A stretch of 32,000 nt of DNA from Geobacter sulfurreducens PCA. GTDB lineage: Bacteria > Desulfobacterota > Desulfuromonadia > Geobacterales > Geobacteraceae. Below are positions 25,682-32,000 of this stretch, piece by piece; within the stretch, counting starts at the first letter, position 1; each line of letters starts with the position of its first letter. The translations under genes and the position numbers were made by a program. Below the pieces are notes generated by a model. That model made no database searches. It had not been told where the DNA came from and saw only the letters and a program-made list of their open reading frames with translations. Where the stretch lies: contig NC_002939.5 in NCBI RefSeq assembly GCF_000007985.2, positions 2,430,001-2,462,000 on the forward strand, written 5' to 3'.

Positions 25682-26692
25682 TCAGACGCCGTAGTATCCC
25701 CGGTACCACTCGACGAACCGCTCTATCCCCTCCCCGATGGGAGTGGCCGGCTTGAACCCCACGTCGTTCATCAGGTCATCCACGTCGGCGTAGGTGGCGG
25801 GCACGTCACCCGCCTGCAGGGGAAGCAGATTCTTCTGCGCAGTGATCCCCAGGTTCTGTTCGATGGCTTCAATGAACGCGAGAAGCTCGACCGGGTTGTT
25901 GTTGCCGATGTTGTAGATGCGATAGGGAGCGTAGCTCGTGCCGGGATCGGGTCGGGCCCCGCTCCAGGCAGGGTTGGGCTCCGGCGTGCGGTCCATGACC
26001 CGCGTCACCCCCTCGACAATGTCGTCTACATAAGTGAAATCACGCTGCATTTTGCCAAAATTATAGACATCGATGGGCCGGCCTTCGAGGATTGCCTTGG
26101 TAAAGAGGAAGAGCGCCATGTCGGGGCGCCCCCAGGGGCCGTAGACCGTGAAGAAGCGCAGGCCCGTGGTGGGCAGCCCGTAGAGGCTCGAATAGGTGTG
26201 GGCCATGAGCTCGTTGGCCTTCTTGGTGGCGGCATACAGGGAAACCGGATGATCCACGTTGTGGTGGATCGAAAACGGCATTGCCGTATTGGCACCATAG
26301 ACGGAGCTGGACGATGCGTAGACCAAGTGCTTCACCCCGTGATGCCGGCACCCCTCCAGAATGTTGATGAAGCCGACCAGATTACTGTCCACGTAAGCGT
26401 GGGGGTTGGTGATGGAGTAGCGGACCCCGGCCTGGGCAGCCAGGTTCACCACCACATCGAAACGCTGGCCGGCAAAGAGATCCTCCAGGGCCGGCCGGTC
26501 TGCCAGACTGGTCCGCACAAAGCTGAATCCCTCGCGCCCCTCCAACTGGCGGAGTCGGTCCAGCTTCAGGTTCACGTCATAATAGTCGTTGAGGTTGTCG
26601 AGCCCCACCACGCGATCGCCCCGGTCAAGAAGGCGTTTCGTAAGATGAAAACCGATGAACCCGGCTGCTCCGGTGACGAGTATCGAAGACAT
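25682..26692 (-). CDS. NAD-dependent epimerase, UDP-glucuronate 4-epimerase family
   Basis: 336 aa. Close to remembered Gla/Cap1J-type sequences: [82 protein letters not shown]. Confidence 0.85.
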   Translation of the reverse strand: MSSILVTGAAGFIGFHLTKRLLDRGDRVVGLDNLNDYYDVNLKLDRLRQLEGREGFSFVRTSLADRPALEDLFAGQRFDVVVNLAAQAGVRYSITNPHAYVDSNLVGFINILEGCRHHGVKHLVYASSSSVYGANTAMPFSIHHNVDHPVSLYAATKKANELMAHTYSSLYGLPTTGLRFFTVYGPWGRPDMALFLFTKAILEGRPIDVYNFGKMQRDFTYVDDIVEGVTRVMDRTPEPNPAWSGARPDPGTSYAPYRIYNIGNNNPVELLAFIEAIEQNLGITAQKNLLPLQAGDVPATYADVDDLMNDVGFKPATPIGEGIERFVEWYRGYYGV

Positions 26693-26747
26693 GCACGCTA
26701 TCCTTTTGATTTAACGCGTGATTGCGAAAGAGGTGCAGTGTAGCACA

Positions 26748-27815
26748 TCACCCGGTTGATGGAAAGGGGGTCGCAAGGAGCCGGGCGATCCCGCCCATGA
26801 GGGCGTCAGCGGTGATACTGGTGCGGCAGGGAGCATCCCTGTCGCACGACTTGCGCAGGCAGGCGGTGCAGTCGAGGGGAGATTGGACGATCACGTGCTG
26901 ATCACCCCGGGGACCGTTGCGGCTGCCATCGGTTGCGCGGAAGAAGGAAACCGTGGGCGTTCCCACCGCGGCAGCCATGTGGACCGGCCCCGTATCCCCC
27001 CCCACCACCACGTCAACCTTTTTGAGGAGTGCGCAGAACCCTTTGAGCGTCAGCTTGGGCAGGACCCGAACCCTGCGGCCGATCCCCGCGGCAATGGCCT
27101 CGGCGGCCTTTTTCTCCTGTTCGTTGCCCCAGGAGAGGAGGATCGTGGCATCGGGAAACATGTCGAGCGCCCTGGTCCCCAGAGCGATCCACCCTTCCTC
27201 GTGCCAAAGCTTCGTGGTCCAGGTGGTGCCGTTATGGAAGAGCAGGACAAAGCCGTCGTCGAGGGTTGCCAGAAACACCTCGGCTGCCTCGTCATCCTCC
27301 GGCGACGTGTAAATATCGGTGCTCAGCTTCATTCCGACATAGTCCCGGCCGAAGGGAACGCTGACCACCCTGAGCGCGCGACTGGAAATGTGATGGTCCT
27401 GGCGGCGGAGCGGCACCTGGTTGGTTGTGAAGTACAGGTTCAGCGACTCCCGGACACCGTCCCGGTCGAAACCGTAGCGGCGCCGGGCATCGGAAAGCCA
27501 CGCTATGAGACCGCTCTTGATGTTCCCCTGCAGATCGAAGGCGATATCGTAGGCCGCTTCGCGCATCTCCCTCCGTACAGTGGCGATCTGGGTGCGCGTG
27601 GTGTCGGAGAGCGGATCGCGCCGCCATGCCTTGGTCCGGACCACATGGAGCCGGCGCAGCAGCGGATGTCCCTCAAGAATATCGCGGTTCCCCTCCTCCA
27701 CCACCCAGTCGATCGCGATGCCGGGGGAAACCTGGTGGAGATAGTCGAGGACGGGCAGCGCATGGATCACATCCCCCAGAGCGGATACCTTGACGATGAG
27801 TACACGAAGCGGCAT
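26748..27815 (-). CDS. Glycosyltransferase family 9 (LPS heptosyltransferase-like)
   Basis: 355 aa: RVLIVKVSALGDVIHALPVL, and C-terminal GGDTGPVHMAAAVGTPTV. Confidence 0.85.
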   Translation of the reverse strand: MPLRVLIVKVSALGDVIHALPVLDYLHQVSPGIAIDWVVEEGNRDILEGHPLLRRLHVVRTKAWRRDPLSDTTRTQIATVRREMREAAYDIAFDLQGNIKSGLIAWLSDARRRYGFDRDGVRESLNLYFTTNQVPLRRQDHHISSRALRVVSVPFGRDYVGMKLSTDIYTSPEDDEAAEVFLATLDDGFVLLFHNGTTWTTKLWHEEGWIALGTRALDMFPDATILLSWGNEQEKKAAEAIAAGIGRRVRVLPKLTLKGFCALLKKVDVVVGGDTGPVHMAAAVGTPTVSFFRATDGSRNGPRGDQHVIVQSPLDCTACLRKSCDRDAPCRTSITADALMGGIARLLATPFPSTG

Positions 27816-27824
27816 GACAGGACC

Positions 27825-28997
27825 TCAATCGGCAGAGGCGCCGGCACAGCGGGCGGTTCCCCACGCCTCCAGTGCGGCCGCGATCCGGCCGGCGGCCCGG
27901 CCGTCGCCGTAGGGATTGTGGGCGCGGCTCATGACCCCGTAGGCCTCTGCGTCGGACAGAAGCAGCGTGGCCTCGGCAACGATCCGGTCGAAATCCGTCC
28001 CCACGAGCCTGACCGTTCCGGCGGCCACCGCCTCGGGCCGCTCGGTCGTCTCGCGCATGACCAGGACCGGCTTGCCGAGGGAGGGAGCCTCTTCCTGCAC
28101 CCCGCCGGAATCGGTGATGATCAGGTGAGCCCGGTTCATGGCGTACACAAAGGGAAGGTAGTCCAGCGGATCAACCAGGTGAATATTGGCTGCCCCCTCC
28201 CCGCCGAGGATTCTCTTCACCGGCTCCTGCACATTGGGATTCAGGTGCACCGGGTAGAGGATTTCCACGTCGTCGTGGCGGCGGGCAAGCTCCACCAGGG
28301 CGTGGCAGATGTTCTCGAACCCTTCGCCGAAATTCTCCCGCCGGTGGCCGGTGACGAGCACCAGGCGTCGGTTCGGGTCGAGGAACGAAAATCGGGCCTC
28401 CATCTCCCGGGTCAGCTTGTCGTCATGCCCGATGCGGTCGACGATCGAAAGAAGTGCGTCCACCACCGTGTTGCCGGTAACGACGATCGCCGAATCGGCA
28501 ACCCCCTCCCTGAGCAGGTTTGCCCGCGCCTGCTCCGTTGGGGCAAAATGGAGATCACACACCACCCCCGCCACCTGCCGATTGATCTCCTCGGGGAATG
28601 GCGCGAACTTGTTATGAGTCCGCAGCCCCGCCTCCACGTGCCCCACCGGGATGCGCGCGTAGTAGCCGGCCAGGGCCGCCGCCATGGTCGTGGTGGTATC
28701 GCCGTGGACGAGGATGATATCGGGGGTCACCTCCCTGAGCACATTCCGCATACCCAGGAGCACATTGGCCGTCACATCGTAGAGATCCTGGCCCGGCTTC
28801 ATGATGTCGAGGTCGAAATCGGGACGGAGATCGAACAGATCAAGCACCTGGTCGAGCATCTGGCGGTGCTGGGCCGTGACGCACACAAGACTGCGGAACC
28901 GGTCCGGCCGGCGCTGGAGCTCCCGCACCACCGGCGCCATCTTGATGGCTTCGGGGCGGGTTCCAAAAATGGTCATTACGTTTATTACTGTATTCAC
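27825..28997 (-). CDS. wecB: UDP-N-acetylglucosamine 2-epimerase (WecB type, non-hydrolysing)
   Basis: [16 protein letters not shown]..., [37 protein letters not shown]. The track start at 29150 is over-extended into the GT2 gene. Candidate starts are GTG 28995-28997 (GTGA overlap with the GT2 stop, GAGG upstream) or ATG 28974-28976. Confidence 0.9.
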   Translation of the reverse strand: MNTVINVMTIFGTRPEAIKMAPVVRELQRRPDRFRSLVCVTAQHRQMLDQVLDLFDLRPDFDLDIMKPGQDLYDVTANVLLGMRNVLREVTPDIILVHGDTTTTMAAALAGYYARIPVGHVEAGLRTHNKFAPFPEEINRQVAGVVCDLHFAPTEQARANLLREGVADSAIVVTGNTVVDALLSIVDRIGHDDKLTREMEARFSFLDPNRRLVLVTGHRRENFGEGFENICHALVELARRHDDVEILYPVHLNPNVQEPVKRILGGEGAANIHLVDPLDYLPFVYAMNRAHLIITDSGGVQEEAPSLGKPVLVMRETTERPEAVAAGTVRLVGTDFDRIVAEATLLLSDAEAYGVMSRAHNPYGDGRAAGRIAAALEAWGTARCAGASAD

Positions 28998-29971
28998 AAG
29001 GAGCGCCTCACAGTTGATCGACGAAGCTCTCTCAGATAACTTTTGAATTGCTTCTTTCTGAAATAGTATTTCAAGTATGCTACGCGTGGCAACTCTCTCA
29101 AGAGAGCGAGTCCTCCTTCGTCGCGCATGTGGCGCAGAGCCATGCTGCACGAATAATCGGCCGCACGGTATATACCGCGCTTCTTGTAGATGCCGGCCAC
29201 TTCCAGAAAGAATCGCGAGGCGCCCTCATCGGGTATCGGCAGGAGCCCCCTTTCTGAGGCTTCCTCAAGAAACCATATGTGCAGGTCGTTGACCTCTTGG
29301 GAGTGAGTGGGAATTACATATGATCCCTGGTTGGAATGTGTCCGATATTTCACCAGAACTTTTCGTATCTGCTCGAACCGGTACTTCTGGGCAAAGGTGA
29401 ACCAAAGTGCGTAGTCTTGAGTCGACCTCAGCGATTCGTCAAAAAAGCCGGTTTCTTCAAAACATCTCTTTGGCACCAACAATGTGCAACCATTCAGATG
29501 TCCGATTGTAATCAGGTTATACAGAAATTGCTCAGGCGGTATTTCACCCGCATTAACGGGCTTGATCACCTTCGAAAGGCAATCTATCAACTCAAAATCA
29601 CTGTAAAGTATGGCATTCCTGTCATGCTCGGCAAGGTAACCTATTTGAGTTTCGATCTTATTGGGATAATAGATATCATCGTGACTCAGCCATGAAAAAT
29701 ACTCTCCATCCATCATCCGTATTGCAAAATTGAGGGCTGAAGCGACACCGCCGTTCTCTTTGGCAAAATATCTAATGTTTCCACCGTATGACAAGGCTAT
29801 TTCGTGAGTCAATCCTCCATCACTAGACCCGTCATTAACTACTATTACCTCAATGTTACCGTATGTTTGGCCAAGCGCACTATCTATAGCCTCACGCATG
29901 TAGTCAGAGCCATTATATACAGGTATGACTATAGACACCTTTGGATAAAATTGCTCCATCATTTGCACCAT
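28994..29971 (-). CDS. Glycosyltransferase family 2
   Basis: 325 aa: [38 protein letters not shown] and SHDD (DxD-like). AGGA Shine-Dalgarno sequence upstream of ATG 29971. An alternative in-frame ATG at 29962 forms ATGA with the upstream stop. Confidence 0.85.
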   Translation of the reverse strand: MVQMMEQFYPKVSIVIPVYNGSDYMREAIDSALGQTYGNIEVIVVNDGSSDGGLTHEIALSYGGNIRYFAKENGGVASALNFAIRMMDGEYFSWLSHDDIYYPNKIETQIGYLAEHDRNAILYSDFELIDCLSKVIKPVNAGEIPPEQFLYNLITIGHLNGCTLLVPKRCFEETGFFDESLRSTQDYALWFTFAQKYRFEQIRKVLVKYRTHSNQGSYVIPTHSQEVNDLHIWFLEEASERGLLPIPDEGASRFFLEVAGIYKKRGIYRAADYSCSMALRHMRDEGGLALLRELPRVAYLKYYFRKKQFKSYLRELRRSTVRRSL

Positions 29972-31083
29972 ATCGTCCTGTTAATGTAGTCAACGTAACT
30001 AAAAATGATCCTCACAACTTTCATGGAAACGTTGTCAACGTCATAGTCTTGAACAATTCTGAACGGTCTCTTGCCGTCGGAATAATGGGCCATGGCAATC
30101 TCAATGGCGTTCAGAACCCTGCCAGGCGTAAGCCCGCACATGATCAACGTCCCCTCGTCCATCCCCTCGGGACGTTCATGTGCTTGCCGAATAGTAACAG
30201 CAGGGAAACAGAGAATCGAAGACTCCTCTGTGATAGTGCCACTGTCAGAGAGAACGCACGCGGCGTTCGTCTGCAATTTTACATAATCGAAGAAGCCGAA
30301 GGGCTTACAGAACTGAATAAGCCCGTTCAATTCGTTTGGGGGCGAGGACTGAAGCCTTTTCATGGTCCGTGGATGGGTCGAAACGACAACCTTCTTGCGA
30401 TACGTGGCGGCCACAGCATTGAGAGAGGCAAGCAGATCCCTGAAATTGCGTTCGGAGTCGATATTTTCCTCTCGATGCGCGCTCACCACAAAGTACTCGC
30501 CAGGTACGAGGTCCATCTCGCTCAGAACCCGCGACCCGTCAATTTTTTTACGGTAATAGACAAACACCTCTTTCATGGACGACCCGACCTTGATTATCGT
30601 TTCGGGCCGTACTCCCTCATCGAGCAGATAGCGCCGTGCATGCTCGGTGAGAGGCATATTTATATCACTCAGGTGATCGACGATTTTGCGGTTGATCTCC
30701 TCGGGAACTCGCTGGTCGAAGCAACGGTTCCCCGCCTCCATGTGGAATACCGGAATCTTGCAACGCTTTGCGGAGATGACGGAGAGACAACTGTTTGTAT
30801 CGCCATAGAGCAGAACGGCGTCAGGTTTTTCCTTTGTCATCACGACGTCTGATTTGGCAATCACGTTGCCGATGGTTTCCGCTGTGGTTTGGCCCACGGC
30901 ATTGAGAAAATGGTCAGGTTTCTTGATGCCGAGTTCCCTGAAGAAAATCTCGTTCAGTTCGTAATCATAGTTCTGACCAGTATGAACCAGTACATGGTTT
31001 GCGTGCTGTTCAAGCTCACCTATCACGCGGCAAAGCTTGATGATCTCCGGCCTGGTGCCGACTATAGTCATGACTTTAAGCAT
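29959..31083 (-). CDS. fnlC: UDP-2-acetamido-2,6-dideoxy-hexose 2-epimerase, CapG/FnlC/WbjD family
   Basis: From ATG 31081-31083: MLKVMTIVGTRPEIIKL...VHTGQNYDYELN...GDTNSCL...IPVFHMEAGNRCFDQRVPEEINRKIVDH...VSAHREENID. This tracks the remembered S. aureus Cap5G sequence along its length. The track start at 31140 is over-extended. Confidence 0.85.
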   Translation of the reverse strand: MLKVMTIVGTRPEIIKLCRVIGELEQHANHVLVHTGQNYDYELNEIFFRELGIKKPDHFLNAVGQTTAETIGNVIAKSDVVMTKEKPDAVLLYGDTNSCLSVISAKRCKIPVFHMEAGNRCFDQRVPEEINRKIVDHLSDINMPLTEHARRYLLDEGVRPETIIKVGSSMKEVFVYYRKKIDGSRVLSEMDLVPGEYFVVSAHREENIDSERNFRDLLASLNAVAATYRKKVVVSTHPRTMKRLQSSPPNELNGLIQFCKPFGFFDYVKLQTNAACVLSDSGTITEESSILCFPAVTIRQAHERPEGMDEGTLIMCGLTPGRVLNAIEIAMAHYSDGKRPFRIVQDYDVDNVSMKVVRIIFSYVDYINRTIWCK

Positions 31084-32000
31084 TGAGTTCGCCTCTAATA
31101 TAGTCAAGCTTGAGGAGCAGCTCTTTAACCCCTTCAACATCCAATCTCGTAGTGTTGTGCGAAGTGTAGTCGTCCTTGAGCGATATTTTTTCTTCCCCCT
31201 CGACGAAATACTTATTGTAGTTCAAATCGCGGCTGTCTGACGGGATGCGGTAATACGTTCCCAGATCCTCGGCCCTGACCATCTCCTCTCTCGTCACGAG
31301 TGTCTCGTAGAGCTTCTCGCCATGCCGGGTTCCGATGATCTTGATCTCGTTACCGGCGCTGAACAATTCCTTCAACGCCTGGGCAAGATCCCTGATGGTA
31401 GAGGCCGGAGATTTCTGGACGAGGATATCACCCGAGTTCGCGTGAGCAAATGCGTAGAGGACCAGATCAACCGAATCCTCCAAAGACATGAGGAAGCGTG
31501 TCATGTTCGGGTCCGTGAGAGTTAGGCTCTTGCCTTCCTTGATTTGTTGCACAAACAAGGGGATAACCGACCCGCGTGAAGCCATTACATTGCCGTAGCG
31601 GGTTGCGCAAAGAACCGTTCTGGTTATGTCGGTCGTCCGCGACTTTGCCACCATCAGCTTTTCCATCATGGCTTTCGACAGTCCCATGGCATTTATCGGG
31701 TATACTGCCTTGTCGGTGCTCAGAACGATTACCTTTTTCACATGGTTTGCAATTGAAGCGTTAAGGACGTTCTCGGCACCAAGGATGTTCGTCCTGACAG
31801 CCTCCATAGGGTAGAATTCACATGATGGCACCTGCTTGAGGGCTGCCGCATGAAAAACGTAATCCACACCTTTCATTGCAGAGTCAAGACTGTCATAATC
31901 TCTGACGTCGCCGATATAAAACTTGAGCCTGTCATTGTTCAGGGCAATGCGCATGTCTTCCTGCTTCTTCTCATCGCGGCTGAAAATGCGCACCTCACTG
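31076..32000 (-). CDS. fnlA: UDP-GlcNAc 4,6-dehydratase/5-epimerase, CapE/FnlA/WbjB family (5' end outside the window)
   Basis: IRIFSRDEKKQ...KFYIGDVRD...DYVFHAAALKQVPSCEF...STDKAVYPINAMGLSKAMMEK...RYGNVMASRGSVIPLF...TRFLMSLEDSV. This is near-collinear with remembered CapE. The frame stays open through 32000 (codons SEV precede the track's GTG), so the N-terminal Rossmann GxxGxxG lies beyond the window. Confidence 0.88.
   Translation of the reverse strand, partial: SEVRIFSRDEKKQEDMRIALNNDRLKFYIGDVRDYDSLDSAMKGVDYVFHAAALKQVPSCEFYPMEAVRTNILGAENVLNASIANHVKKVIVLSTDKAVYPINAMGLSKAMMEKLMVAKSRTTDITRTVLCATRYGNVMASRGSVIPLFVQQIKEGKSLTLTDPNMTRFLMSLEDSVDLVLYAFAHANSGDILVQKSPASTIRDLAQALKELFSAGNEIKIIGTRHGEKLYETLVTREEMVRAEDLGTYYRIPSDSRDLNYNKYFVEGEEKISLKDDYTSHNTTRLDVEGVKELLLKLDYIRGELNA

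Noticed and set aside
23630-26743. Plus-strand ORFs of 338 aa (23630-24646) and 365 aa (25646-26743)
   Set aside because: Antisense to yicC and to the UDP-glucuronate 4-epimerase-like gene, respectively. No motifs.
26883-29039. 718-aa plus-strand ORF, the longest in the track
   Set aside because: It spans the antisense of two separate well-supported genes (the GT9 heptosyltransferase and wecB). Its composition (Arg/Gly/Pro/His-rich) and lack of motifs indicate a stop-codon-poor shadow frame.
1-32000. Looked for CRISPR repeats, tRNA/rRNA, IS/transposase/integrase genes, toxin-antitoxin pairs and defence-island hallmarks (nucleases, helicases, methyltransferases, reverse transcriptases)
   Set aside because: None seen. 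Intergenic spacers are all 135 nt or shorter and contain no periodic repeats. Every sizeable ORF is either a recognisable housekeeping, signalling or envelope gene, or an antisense shadow. If there is novelty here, it lies in the che-like operon and the operon architectures, not in a mobile or defence element.

Overview
GC-rich bacterial chromosomal segment. Gene content and order are reminiscent of a Geobacter-like deltaproteobacterium, but I cannot verify that here. It is almost fully coding: I support 33 protein genes and see no rRNA, tRNA, CRISPR array, IS element or integrase.

Layout:
(i) 1-10686, minus strand: an 11-gene, translationally coupled Che-like operon. In transcription order it encodes a DUF4388-REC-GAF regulator, CheY, CheA, an ExeA/MshM-like AAA ATPase, a CheW with a Pro/Ala-rich extension, CheY, CheW, a zinc-ribbon protein with a degenerate receiver, a 667-aa HEAT-repeat protein, CheR, and the 5' end of a probable CheB. 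No receptor (MCP) is in view. This is my best candidate for an uncharacterised system.
(ii) 10821-14843, minus strand: a ribosome-biogenesis operon, rnc - radical SAM - era - der.
(iii) 14978-19222, plus strand: tmk - holB - PSP1/RicT-like - metG, behind a near-consensus promoter that is divergent from rnc.
(iv) A DUF218 gene, then rpmB with its own promoter and terminator.
(v) 20218-24622, minus strand: yicC - gmk - rpoZ - [intrinsic terminator] - relA/spoT - ridA.
(vi) 24682-32000, minus strand: nucleotide-sugar and LPS genes (galE, a UDP-glucuronate 4-epimerase-like gene, a GT9 heptosyltransferase, wecB, a GT2, a capG/fnlC-like gene, and a truncated capE/fnlA-like gene). G+C drops abruptly over the last ~3 kb.

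Many long ORFs in the supplied track are antisense shadow ORFs, as expected in GC-rich DNA. Several track starts are upstream over-extensions, which I re-set by reading the sequence. All calls rest on reading translations, remembered family motifs and hand inspection. No searches or computations were run.
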